The notes below the pieces were generated by a model, which searched no databases, had not been told where the DNA came from, and was given only the letters and a program-made list of their open reading frames with translations. A stretch of DNA of 63,709 nucleotides, the filler included. It is 8 parts of 8 records of this genome, joined end to end, with 100 filler letters (N's around TTAATTAATTAA, not from the genome) between each part and the next. Parts side by side here need not be neighbours in the genome. Positions count along the whole stretch, not along the records: positions 34,202 to 40,894 come from SRR31156797_67909; positions 40,995 to 52,166 come from SRR31156797_67925; 6 more parts are not named here. The stretch is one strand, 5' to 3'. The position numbers were made by a program, and so were the translations under genes. Below, one piece after another: positions 40,297 to 50,068 of this stretch. Position 1 is the first letter of the stretch; every line of letters starts with the position of its first letter.

Positions 40297-40776
40297 TTAT
40301 ACCAAGTTAATACTAAATAAATAAACTTCTATCTGAACCGGATTAAAATCCGGTGTTACTGAATTGTTTTCTTTAATAAATTTTTTGATTTCATTTTCCA
40401 AAGTAATACTTTTATGATGTTCTTCCTGATTTCTGATATAATTTCTAATTGTTTCAATTTGATTTTGTCCAATAGCGGCAGCAAAGTATTCAGGGTGCCA
40501 TGCAAATTTTATATCAGTAATATTATTTTTATTTATCCAGTGCGATGATTCCCCTTTGATATAATGAATTATTTCACCAATTGATTGATATGCCCCCATT
40601 GAAACCAACAAATGTAAATGATCATAATATCCATTTATAAAATTAACATGTATGCCTTTATTATCAGCATTATCAATAATGTGATATTTAACTTTATTAA
40701 GAACTGTTTTTGTTAAATAAGGAAATCTATTTTTAGTTGGCCATACTGCATGGATCCAAATTTTCACAAATGACAT
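40297..40776 (-). CDS. tnpA: IS200/IS605-type Y1 (HUH) transposase, RAYT-like
   Basis: IHAVW.TKNR, DHLHLL (HUH), IKGESSHWIN, FAW..EY, NYIRNQEEHH. Confidence 0.88.
   Translation of the reverse strand: MSFVKIWIHAVWPTKNRFPYLTKTVLNKVKYHIIDNADNKGIHVNFINGYYDHLHLLVSMGAYQSIGEIIHYIKGESSHWINKNNITDIKFAWHPEYFAAAIGQNQIETIRNYIRNQEEHHKSITLENEIKKFIKENNSVTPDFNPVQIEVYLFSINLV
40336..40359 (-). repeat. REP-like hairpin at the transposase 3' end
   Basis: Minus strand GTAAC-ACCGGA-TTTTAA-TCCGGT-T. Confidence 0.65.
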
Positions 40777-40795
40777 TATTACTTCCGATATTTCT

Positions 40796-40820
40796 GTAAC
40801 CCCTGGTTTTAACCTGGGGT
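40796..40820 (+). repeat. REP-like hairpin upstream of the transposase
   Basis: GTAACCCCTGG-TTTTAA-CCTGGGGT; same GTAAC leader and TTTTAA loop as 40336-40359, opposite orientation. Confidence 0.65.
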
Positions 40821-40866
40821 AATCTTAGTGCTTTCTACTTATTACCTACTACCCACTACCTACTAA

Positions 40867-40894
40867 GTAGAGGCGCGATAAATCGCGCCTCTAC
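40867..40894. repeat. GTAG-type REP palindrome at the contig end
   Basis: GTAGAGGCGCGAT-AA-ATCGCGCCTCTAC, perfect 13-bp arms. Confidence 0.8.
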
Positions 40895-40994
40895 NNNNNN
40901 NNNNNNNNNNNNNNNNNNNNNNNNNNNNNNNNNNNNNNTTAATTAATTAANNNNNNNNNNNNNNNNNNNNNNNNNNNNNNNNNNNNNNNNNNNN
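40895..40994. other. Artificial contig linker
   Basis: N-TTAATTAATTAA-N spacer. Confidence 0.99.
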
Positions 40995-41646
40995 GACCAA
41001 GCGCATGGCCGAGGACCTGACCGACTATTTCACCGATTTCGGCATCAAGGTGAAGTACCTCCATTCGGACATCGGCACGGTGGAGCGCATCGATATCATC
41101 CAGGACCTGCGCAAGGGGGTGTTTGACGTGCTCATCGGCATCAACCTGCTGCGGGAGGGGCTGGATATCCCCGAGGTCACCCTGGTGGCGGTGCTGGACG
41201 CGGATAAGGAGGGCTTCCTCCGCTCCTACCGCTCCCTGGTTCAGACCTTCGGACGCGCGGCCCGGAACGCCGGGGGCAAGGTGATCATGTACGCCGACCG
41301 CATCACCCCGTCCATGCGCACGGCCATGGACGAGACCGAACGGCGCCGGCTGATCCAGAAGAAGTACAATCAGGATCATAACATCGTGCCCTCCACCATC
41401 ATCAAGGAGATCAAGATGTTCGACTACACCATGGAGAAGGACTTTTCCGACGGCTCCGACAGCTCCGACAGCCCCGCCGGTGTGGCCGAGGCCCAGGCGG
41501 CCTATGGAACCGATTCCGAAAACCTGGATGAGATCATCGAGGGCCTCAAGAAGGAGATGAAGCAGGCGGCCCGGAAGATGGAGTTTGAAACCGCGGCAGG
41601 CCTGAGGGACAGGATCCGGGAATTGTCCAAGATCAAAGAGATGTGA
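40995..41646 (+). CDS. uvrB: Excinuclease ABC subunit B, C-terminal part (5' partial)
   Basis: [43 protein letters not shown]-terminal UVR domain FETAA.LRD. Confidence 0.97.
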
Positions 41647-41653
41647 TAACGCC

Positions 41654-43474
41654 ATGAACGAAATTGTACTCGAACGCTATAGATCGGCCACCCATGATCC
41701 CGGGGTCTACCTCATGAAGGACAAGACCGGGAAGATTATTTACGTCGGCAAGGCAAGGGACCTGAAAAAGCGCCTGGGCTCCTATTTTGCCCGGGAGAGC
41801 GGCCATGACATGAAGACCGGGGTGCTTTTGAAGAAGGTGGCGGATTTCGACGTCATCGTCACCGCAACCGAGCACGAGGCCCTGATCCTGGAAGCCAACC
41901 TCATCAAGAAGCACAGCCCCAGGTACAACGTGCTTCTCAAGGACGGCAAGAACTATCCCTGCCTCAGGATCGGCACCTCCCAGCCCTATCCGGCCCTGGA
42001 AGTGGTGAGAAAGATCGGGGACGACGATGCCGTTTACTTCGGTCCCTACTCGTCGGTCCAGGCCGTGCGGAGCACCCTGAAACAGGTGAACAAGATCTTC
42101 CGGCTCAGGAAGTGCAAGAAGGGCCAGTTCGCCAACCGCTCGAGACCCTGCCTCAATTTTCAGATCAACGCCTGCCTCGGCCCCTGCTGCAACGAGGTCA
42201 CCAAAGAGGCCTACCATAAGGTGGTCCGGGAGGTGATTCTTTTCCTGAAGGGCAGGGCGCCGGAGCTCATCCGGCAGTTGAAGCAGGAGATGTTCCAGGA
42301 GGCCGAGGCGGAACGGTTTGAAAAGGCCGCCCAGATCCGGGACACCATCCTTGCCATTGAAAAGACCCTGGAGCGACAGGTTGTGGTATCCACGGACCGG
42401 ACGGACCGGGATGTGATCGGCTGCGCCATTGACAAGGAAAAGGCCGTTGTCACCATCCTGTTTGTCAGGTCCGGCAACCTTGTGGGCTCCAGGAACTACC
42501 GGTTTGACACGGGCCTGAGCACGGCCCCGGAGATCCTGGACGCTTTTGTCCGCCAGTACTATGACAAAAGCCTGTTCATTCCCGCCCAGGTGCTCCTCGC
42601 CCAGGCCATCGAGACCCATGACCTGGTCCGGGACCTCCTGACCGAAAAGCGGGGCAAGAAGGTGAGTCTGCTGGTGCCGGAGCGGGGGGAGAAGCGCCGC
42701 CTGGTGGAGATGTCCCTGGTCAACGCCGAAAAAGAGCTCGAAAAGGTGCTCTCCAGGGAAAACGAGGCCAAGGACACCCTGGAAACCCTCCGGACCATCC
42801 TGAGGATGCCGTCGTTGCCCCGGCGCATCGAATGTTTTGACAACTCCAACATCGCCGGCACCGATCCGGTCTCCTCCATGGTGGTCTTTATTGACGGGGT
42901 GCCGGACAAGTCCGAATACCGGAAATTCATCATCCGGGATGTGGAGGAGCACGACGATTACGCCTACATGACCGAGGTGCTCACCCGCAGGCTCTCCAAC
43001 ACGGAAGCGCCCCTGCCCGATCTCCTGGTGGTGGACGGCGGCAAGGGCCAGCTCTCCATGGCCCTGGGCGTGATCAAACATCTCGGGCTCGAGGACCGTT
43101 TTTTTGTGGCAGGGCTCGCCAAGAAGGACGCGGAAAAGGGGGAGGAGCACGACAAGATCTACCTGCCCGGCCGGGCCAACCCGGTGAACACCCGGGGGGC
43201 GCTCAATGCCCTCTATCTCCTCCAGCGGCTCAGGGACGAGGCCCACAGGTTTGCCATCACCTTCCAGCGGAAACGGCGCTCCAAGCGGGCCGGCACATCG
43301 GTCCTGGACGCGGTGCCCGGAATCGGGAAAAAACGCAAGCAGGTGCTCATGACCACCTACAAGGGCATCACCCGCATGCGCCAGGCCAGCGTGGAAGAGC
43401 TGGCCAGCCTGCCCGGCATGACCGAAACCGCTGCAAAGGAGGTCAAGGCCGCCCTCATGAACGAACCGGCTTAA
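41654..43474 (+). CDS. uvrC: Excinuclease ABC subunit C
   Basis: PGVYLMKD..IYVGKA GIY-YIG, Cys cluster, RIECFDNS, PDLLVVDGGKGQ, RDEAHRFAI, HhH. Confidence 0.97.
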   Translation: MNEIVLERYRSATHDPGVYLMKDKTGKIIYVGKARDLKKRLGSYFARESGHDMKTGVLLKKVADFDVIVTATEHEALILEANLIKKHSPRYNVLLKDGKNYPCLRIGTSQPYPALEVVRKIGDDDAVYFGPYSSVQAVRSTLKQVNKIFRLRKCKKGQFANRSRPCLNFQINACLGPCCNEVTKEAYHKVVREVILFLKGRAPELIRQLKQEMFQEAEAERFEKAAQIRDTILAIEKTLERQVVVSTDRTDRDVIGCAIDKEKAVVTILFVRSGNLVGSRNYRFDTGLSTAPEILDAFVRQYYDKSLFIPAQVLLAQAIETHDLVRDLLTEKRGKKVSLLVPERGEKRRLVEMSLVNAEKELEKVLSRENEAKDTLETLRTILRMPSLPRRIECFDNSNIAGTDPVSSMVVFIDGVPDKSEYRKFIIRDVEEHDDYAYMTEVLTRRLSNTEAPLPDLLVVDGGKGQLSMALGVIKHLGLEDRFFVAGLAKKDAEKGEEHDKIYLPGRANPVNTRGALNALYLLQRLRDEAHRFAITFQRKRRSKRAGTSVLDAVPGIGKKRKQVLMTTYKGITRMRQASVEELASLPGMTETAAKEVKAALMNEPA

Positions 43475-43500
43475 TCCGCACTGGAATCGAACTTACATGG

Positions 43501-43600
43501 ATGATGGGATATGAAACCGCCGATGCCCTGGTTGGCCCCGCCGATGAAAGATTGCATGAAGCAAAGGAAAAGGGGCGCAACCGGAGTATCGGAAAAAACG
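43501..43600 (+). pseudogene. Orphan C-terminal remnant of a GGDEF domain
   Basis: ETADALVGPADERLHEAKEKGRNR matches the terminal helix of GGDEF domains (AD.ALY.AK..GRN); rest of the domain absent. Confidence 0.6.
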
Positions 43601-43639
43601 ATCACAGGGATGTATTGATTGAAGCCTTCATTGCCTTGC

Positions 43640-45020
43640 TTAATTTTCGCTATAGTAAGAAACTCGGTTTTTCCCCTCTTTCTTGGCCTGGTACATGGCC
43701 ATGTCTGCTTTGTGAATGAGCTTCTGAACATCCGTGGCATCCCGGGGGCAGATTGCGACCCCGATGCTGACCGTGATCCGGGCTGTTTTACTGCTATCCT
43801 CTGATTTTACTTGAATGGCGGAGATGCGCTTACGGATCCTTTCTGCGATCATGCCTCCGATTCTCCTGTTGGCATAGGGAAGGACAACGGCCAATTCTTC
43901 TCCCCCATATCTGGCGCAAACATCCACCTCCCTGACACAGTTGCGGATGAGACCCGCCACTTCCTGTAAAATTCGATCTCCTTCCTGATGTCCGAAACGA
44001 TCGTTGAACGTTTTAAAATCGTCGATGTCAACCATTAGCAGAGTCAAAACGTATTCTCGTCCCAAGGACCTGTTCAGTTCGAGTCCAAGATAATGTTTGA
44101 AAAAAGCATGATTGTAGAGACGGGTCAATTGATCTGTAATTGCTGAATTAAAGGCCGTCTCATACTTTGAGACAAGAACATCCAGGTAGGCTTTTTTCTT
44201 GATAAAAGATCTGATGCGGGCATCGAATTCGGGTTAAAAGTTCCACTGTATTGATCGGTTTGTTAAGGAACTCATCCGCACCGGCATCCATGGCCCTGAC
44301 CTTATCCGCAGTGCTGTCCAGGGCCGAGACATGGATAATCGGGATGTCTCCGGTTATTGGGTCTTTCTTTAATCTCCGGGTTACTTCAAAACCATCGAGC
44401 CCGGGCATCATGAGATCCAAAAGAATCAGATCGGGATGTTCGGCTTTTGCTTTATCCAGACATTCCTGGCCGTCAAAGGCTTCACTGGTTACAAAGGTCT
44501 TTTCGGACAGTTTGGCCTTAAGAATTTTCACATTAAGAGGATCATCGTCAACAATGAGGATTCTGTTTGCATAAAAAATATCCTGGTGAATGTCCATGGA
44601 AACCGGTTCTGTTTGGGGCTCCGGGGAGGCAGGGCCCCTCCTGTCCGGAACGGTCGGCAGATGTGTCTGCAGGGTGGGTAGAAAAGCTCTTGTATCAAGG
44701 GGTTTGCTGATGTACCCGACACAGCCCGCATCCAGAATTTTTTGTTCATCGCCTTTCATGGCATAGGCGGTCAGGGCCAGAACCGGGATCTCCTTGATTT
44801 TGGGTTCGGTTTGGATTTGCCTGGTGGCCGAGAGCCCGTCCAACCCCGGAAGTTGAATATCCATCAGGATTAGATCCGGAACGTGCTTCCTGGCCAATTC
44901 AAGTCCTGCCTCGGCGGTTTGTGCCTCAATGATCTTGTACCCGCCTATTTGAAGAAGACTGCGAACCAATTTCATGTTGTACGCATTATCTTCGATAACT
45001 AGGATTGTTTTCTTTCCCAT
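43640..45020 (-). pseudogene. PleD-like REC-REC-(REC)-GGDEF diguanylate cyclase disrupted by an out-of-frame internal deletion
   Basis: Two REC domains end at LLTRIR near 44225; a second frame resumes ARIRSFIKKKAYLD..AITDQLTRLYN into a GGDEF domain with REVD I-site and GGEEL. Confidence 0.8.
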
Positions 45021-45054
45021 ATTCTGCCTTTTCTCAATGCAACCATCTGTTTTT

Positions 45055-45901
45055 CATCCCTGTAAAACATTGGGGGATAACATGTCTACCAGGTGTCCAA
45101 CGATTCCGGCGTCAAGCTTTCTTTCATCCGCCTCCCTGTGGAGAATTTCAAATCTTTAAACGGCGGCAGACTTCATACCCATCCATACAAGGCATCATTA
45201 TATCCAGCAGAACCAGATCAATATCGATTTTTTTCATCAGAGAAAGGGCTTCTTCACCGTTGTATGCCTTGACGATTTCATGATTGCATGGCGCAAGGAT
45301 GGCTCCCATCAATTTCACGTTTCGGGGGTCATCATCTACAATCAGTATTTTATACTTTTGCTCACCAGCGGACGGTTTTTCTTTTTCCAGGAAATGAACC
45401 GTGTTCTTGCCCCCGCCCTTGGCATCTTCCAGGGCGCCCTGTGCCTCCAGGATGAGGTTTCCCCCTGTTTAAAGCCTCCCCTGGGTAAGACGCAAGACCG
45501 GCGCTTACGGTCAGTGCCCCCCGGGTATGGTTTTCCACGGCCGCCCTGATACGATCCACGGCAGTATACGCCTCATGGGCACTTGATTTTGGAAAAATAA
45601 CAGCGAACACATCCCCTGAATATCTAGATGTCATGTCCAGATCCCGGATATTCTCCAGGATCAATTTTGCCACCGTCTTTAACGCCCGGTCTCCAGTGGC
45701 AGGGCTATGATGTCTGTTGTAGTAAGAAAAAGAATCAATATCGATCAAGGCCAGGGTAAAAGATTCGTGGTATCTTTGCGATCTCTTGATCTCTTCTTCC
45801 AGCAGGAGTTGAAAAATTCCGTGATTATACACACCTGTCAAGCTATCCGCAAAAGGGGCTTGGGTCTCTTTCTCATACGCTTTTAACAGTGGTTCTTTCA
45901 T
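45055..45901 (-). pseudogene. Degenerate GGDEF-REC-(HD-GYP) gene, frameshifted and internally deleted
   Basis: GGDEF domain with SGDVF; frameshift in a G-run near 45462; resumes ..AKGGGKNTVH..KILIVDDDPRN..LLDIMMP.MDGYEVCRRLK, then jumps to an HD-GYP-like tail FEILHREADE/KLDAGIV; left boundary approximate. Confidence 0.7.
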
Positions 45902-45953
45902 GTTTGTGTCTGCTCCGGATTTTTATGCATATGAAAATGCATATGCCAAATGC

Positions 45954-47912
45954 CTATGCCAAAATGACAAATCGAAAGATACTCCCTTTCCCTTTTCCCT
46001 CACTCTCCGCCCATATCCGGCCGTGGTGCATTTCGATGAACTCTTTTGTCAGTGCCAGACCCAGGCCGGTTCCCTCATATTCCCGGCTCATTGAGTTTTG
46101 AACCTGGTCAAAGGGCTTGAAAATACTTTCCAAGTGTTTTGATTCAAGGCCGATTCCGGTATCTATTACCGAAACCTCCAGAAAACCGGTGTCCTGGGCT
46201 GGAACGGAGAGCTTTTTACCGCCAGTGGTTACCAGGGCGCCTCCAACCGCCGTCAGGTAGCGGGCTGACAGACAAATTGATCCGTTATCCGACGTAAATT
46301 TAATGGCGTTGGAAAGCAGATTGTATATGGATTGTTTGAGTTTTCGTTCGTCAGCCGTGATGGTCTCGGGAATGCCTTGAATATCCGTTGAAAGTTTTAT
46401 GCCATGTTTCATGGCTCTTTCTTTGATCATGAAGAAGCTGTTCTCCAATAGCAGATGAATATTTATATCCGATGGCATAAAGTCCATTTTCCCCGCCTCC
46501 ACCTTGGACAGATCCAATATGTCATTGATAAGCGACAACAGGTGCTGGCTGCTTTGAAGCGAATCTTTCAGATACTCTTCCTGGATGTCATTCAATTCCC
46601 CGAAATGTTTATCCACGATTAATTCTGTGAAACCGATGATGTGGTTCAAAGGGGTGCGCAATTCATGGCTCATGTTTGCCAGAAACTGTGATTTTGCCAC
46701 ATTGGCTTTTTCGGCAGCTTCCTTGGCCGCAGCCGTCAACTCAAAAACCCGCAACCGTTCCGTGATGTCCTGGGCCACACAGACAATTCCCATGATATCG
46801 CCGTCAGAGTTGGCAATCACGGACCCTGATAACGATACCGGTATCTTCCCCCCATCCTTTTTTATGTAGGTTTGATCCGTATGGGCCATGGAACGGGATT
46901 GCAACACCCCGGACAACCATTGTTTGACACCCGGTATTGTGTCGGCATGGAAAAGGACTTCAAAGGATCTGCCGATCAATTCCGTCTTGCCATATCCCAG
47001 AAGCTGACAGATAAATGAATTGACACGGGTGATGTCACCCGTCGGGGAAAGAACCACAAGACAATCCCTCATACTGCCCAGAATGCTTTCCAGATAATTT
47101 TTCGAGACCGTTGTATGCTGAAGGTTCTGGCTCATCTGATTGAAGGCATTGACCAGATCCCCGATTTCATCCTTTCTCCCGGATATAAGAAGTTCATGGC
47201 AATCGCCCCGGCCAATTCGCTTTGCATGGATGGACATTTCCCGTATGGGGCGGATGAGGTGGCCTGCCACCGGAATGGATAACCCCATGCCCACCAGAAT
47301 CAATATCAGGGTGGTCAGCCCCATGATGAGGATGATTCGCCGAAGCCCGGCGTAACCAATTTGATTGAGCAATGCTTTTACCGCTGTAATGGCGGAATAG
47401 CTGTTCTTCATGGAAAAAGATATTTGCAGGCCCCCAAGGGGAGTGTCACTGATCCAGATTGGAATCGAGATATCCAGAATATTTCCTCGAACCCGTTTCA
47501 CCAGGCGCCCCCGGGTGTGGATGGCTTTTCGGCTTTCCCCATCGTCCAATAACAGGCCGAATTCAATCACCCCTTTTGTCCCGTCCTGGAGTATCCTGCC
47601 ATGGGCATCATAAACATGGACCCGGGTCACATCTTTTTGCATCTTGACGGTATACAGCAAATCGTAGACTTCGGCCATATTGTACTGGTAAAGGGGGTTG
47701 ACAAGCTTTTCCGCAACCAGTCGGGTGATGCTCTCCCCCTGTCTTTCCAATTGTGCCAGCAGATTTTTTTCCATGTTGGTTGAACTGATTTCAACCATGG
47801 CGTTCAGGGATGCTTTGAACTGGAACAGCAGGATTGCGGTAAGCAAAAACATATTCGTGATGATCAAAGAAAGGATGATAAGCGAATAGCGGGTTTGCAG
47901 TTTGAGCTTCAT
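45954..47912 (-). CDS. Membrane sensor histidine kinase (TM-periplasmic-TM-HAMP-PAS-HisKA-HATPase)
   Basis: DEIGDLVNAFNQM HAMP, PAS ending QDITE, FLANMSHELRTPLN, NAIKFT, DTGIG, GTGLGL. Confidence 0.95.
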   Translation of the reverse strand: MKLKLQTRYSLIILSLIITNMFLLTAILLFQFKASLNAMVEISSTNMEKNLLAQLERQGESITRLVAEKLVNPLYQYNMAEVYDLLYTVKMQKDVTRVHVYDAHGRILQDGTKGVIEFGLLLDDGESRKAIHTRGRLVKRVRGNILDISIPIWISDTPLGGLQISFSMKNSYSAITAVKALLNQIGYAGLRRIILIMGLTTLILILVGMGLSIPVAGHLIRPIREMSIHAKRIGRGDCHELLISGRKDEIGDLVNAFNQMSQNLQHTTVSKNYLESILGSMRDCLVVLSPTGDITRVNSFICQLLGYGKTELIGRSFEVLFHADTIPGVKQWLSGVLQSRSMAHTDQTYIKKDGGKIPVSLSGSVIANSDGDIMGIVCVAQDITERLRVFELTAAAKEAAEKANVAKSQFLANMSHELRTPLNHIIGFTELIVDKHFGELNDIQEEYLKDSLQSSQHLLSLINDILDLSKVEAGKMDFMPSDINIHLLLENSFFMIKERAMKHGIKLSTDIQGIPETITADERKLKQSIYNLLSNAIKFTSDNGSICLSARYLTAVGGALVTTGGKKLSVPAQDTGFLEVSVIDTGIGLESKHLESIFKPFDQVQNSMSREYEGTGLGLALTKEFIEMHHGRIWAESEGKGKGSIFRFVILA

Positions 47913-48884
47913 CTAGTTCAATTCCGAACTAATCATTTTGAGGATGCGGCTGGCTTCTTCAAGGGATGCCCGGCAATCGGCGTCAATCTCCTCAAATTTC
48001 TTTGTCTTCTGGTAGGCTTTCAGTGCAGCGCTTGCTTTTGGATCCTTGTGCGAATTTAACAGCACCGCTTTTAATCGCGCCTTTATTCGGGAATCCAGGT
48101 CCTTGCTGACAAGTTCGACGGCCCTGGGAAAAGGCCTGGATTCGTATATGATTCTCATCTCTCTTCTGTATACCTTACGCACATGGTCGTCTTTATTCCA
48201 ATCCAGGTTATTGAACGCTCCGGCATCCACCAGGCCCCGGTAAACCCAGGTGGAGGTATTTATCTCCTGACTGGAAAATACGTAGCCCACCATATCTGCG
48301 GGTGGTTTTTCCCTGATCGTGGCAAGGGGAATCAGTTTCAGGCCTTTCTCAATCAAGAGTGATACAGGCAGATAGTAGGCAGTGGTTGAGCCGGGATCCT
48401 CAAAGGCAATGGCTTTGCCTCTCAGGTCTGTCAAGGCGTTGATATCGCTGTCTTTTCGGGTGAAAAAAGTGGTGTGGTATTCGCCCACACCCTTTTTCCA
48501 TTTTTTGAGCAGAAATTGTGCGCCGGCCTTTTCATGGAAGTAAACGGCTGAAAAAGCCGTCTCTGTCAACCAGTCAATCTTGCCCTGTTTGAAATAGCGC
48601 ACCATCTGCTGATTGTTTCTGGCCATTAATACTTTTGCCTCGCGGATGCCCAGGTCCTTCATGTGCGCTGCTGCATACTCCGCTATCGGCTTCAGGTATC
48701 GGTACAGTTTTTTGGGGTTGTCCGTAACCTTCCCGATCACCAGGGTCTGTTTTCCGGCAGGGGATTCAGGGGAGCCGGGAGAAGAGGCTGCAATACCGGG
48801 ATCAGGACCGCCGATACTTATCGCCATAAGAGAAACAATCCCCCCTATAATTACTTGCCGTATCTGTTTGAATTTACGGTTCAT
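47913..48884 (-). CDS. PhnD-like phosphate/phosphite/phosphonate-family periplasmic binding protein
   Basis: Signal peptide; DLRGKAIAFEDPGSTTAYYLP, VDAGAF; no ABC permease or ATPase nearby. Confidence 0.85.
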   Translation of the reverse strand: MNRKFKQIRQVIIGGIVSLMAISIGGPDPGIAASSPGSPESPAGKQTLVIGKVTDNPKKLYRYLKPIAEYAAAHMKDLGIREAKVLMARNNQQMVRYFKQGKIDWLTETAFSAVYFHEKAGAQFLLKKWKKGVGEYHTTFFTRKDSDINALTDLRGKAIAFEDPGSTTAYYLPVSLLIEKGLKLIPLATIREKPPADMVGYVFSSQEINTSTWVYRGLVDAGAFNNLDWNKDDHVRKVYRREMRIIYESRPFPRAVELVSKDLDSRIKARLKAVLLNSHKDPKASAALKAYQKTKKFEEIDADCRASLEEASRILKMISSELN

Positions 48885-48893
48885 GGGGGGGCT

Positions 48894-50063
48894 CTAAAAG
48901 TCGACCTGAAAACGGGTCTGGAAGATTTGCGGGTCATCATTCCCGGCAAGATCACCGTCTGCATCGGCATGTTTGTCATTGTCAACGAATATGTAATTTG
49001 CCATGAGCCGGATATTGGGATTTATGTACCAATTCACCCCGAATGTGAAGTTCTCCTCCTTGCCGCCGGTAATTGGCCCATCGTTCAAATCCATCATGCT
49101 GTATCTTGCAGCCAGTTCAAGCGCGCCGTTTTTACTTTTGGGTTTGATGCGGCCGAACCTTCCTTTTTTCTCTTTGTAGGGGCGCGTTTCTCCGGTGGCA
49201 AACCAACTGACGTAGACGTAGCAACCGTCAAAAGAGAGGTCTTCCGCCCCGCCGTCACGTGACACATCCGTGTAAATATATTCTCCCTGGAGGGAGAAGG
49301 GGCCAAACACCCCAGCCGCTTCCAGCCCGTATTTCATGACCCTGTCGGTATCTTTTATCTTGCCGGTATCAAGGTATTCAATATCTGTCAGGTGGGATTC
49401 GGGGCGTTGTTTGAAGCTGACCTTTTTTTCATCATCCGGTTTCCGGAATGAGGCGGCTGCCCCAAGATGCATGACCCGTGTTTCGGAATGAACGGGCGAA
49501 AAGGTGGCACGTCCGGTCATTCCCCAACCTTCGTCTCCTTCGTCGTCGGCGTCATCATCAAAGGCTTCACCAAAAATGCCTGCCGCAGCGCTCCACACAT
49601 CACCGTGGGTGCGGGCCCCGACCCCGATGCTCCGGCCCGGGACAAATTCATTTGGGAGCGCTCGTTCCATAAATGTGATGTGTTTCGAGCTGGTCTGCTC
49701 CTCAAGGCTGAAAGGTTCCTTGAACTGACCAAATTGAATTTTTGCCGGCCACAAGGCGTCATAGCTCATATAAGCGTTCTTGATATCTGCCTCGCCATCG
49801 GCAAAATCGATGCCGAACTCATATCCCCAGTCTCCATGCAGGACTCCTTCAATATCGATACGGGCCCGGCGGAGTTCGGTACCGTTGCCATGACGGTTCT
49901 TGTCCTGATCATACAAAGCCCCATCCACCATGAGACGCCCACCCAGTTCAAAGGCGTATTGCCCGTCGTTGGTGGCTATTTCAATGCCGCCTTTGGTGGA
50001 CACTTGAACATCATTGCTTTCCGGCTCGCTTTGGTCCGGCGTATCTGCCTTCAGGCCATTTCT
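48894..50063 (-). CDS. OprO/OprP-family phosphate-selective porin, 5'-truncated (no signal peptide)
   Basis: ELRRARI, GQFKEPFSLE..TSSK..TFMER, GPFSLQGEY, WFATGE.R.Y, GVNWY.N, C-terminal RFQVDF; frame hits a TAA near 50065 before any signal peptide. Confidence 0.85.
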   Translation of the reverse strand, partial: RNGLKADTPDQSEPESNDVQVSTKGGIEIATNDGQYAFELGGRLMVDGALYDQDKNRHGNGTELRRARIDIEGVLHGDWGYEFGIDFADGEADIKNAYMSYDALWPAKIQFGQFKEPFSLEEQTSSKHITFMERALPNEFVPGRSIGVGARTHGDVWSAAAGIFGEAFDDDADDEGDEGWGMTGRATFSPVHSETRVMHLGAAASFRKPDDEKKVSFKQRPESHLTDIEYLDTGKIKDTDRVMKYGLEAAGVFGPFSLQGEYIYTDVSRDGGAEDLSFDGCYVYVSWFATGETRPYKEKKGRFGRIKPKSKNGALELAARYSMMDLNDGPITGGKEENFTFGVNWYINPNIRLMANYIFVDNDKHADADGDLAGNDDPQIFQTRFQVDF

Positions 50064-50068
50064 TTAAG

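Noticed and set aside
41449-41478. 9-bp tandem repeat in uvrB (GACGGCTCC-GACAGCTCC-GACAGCCCC)
   Set aside because: In-frame low-complexity linker before the UVR domain; not a regulatory or CRISPR repeat
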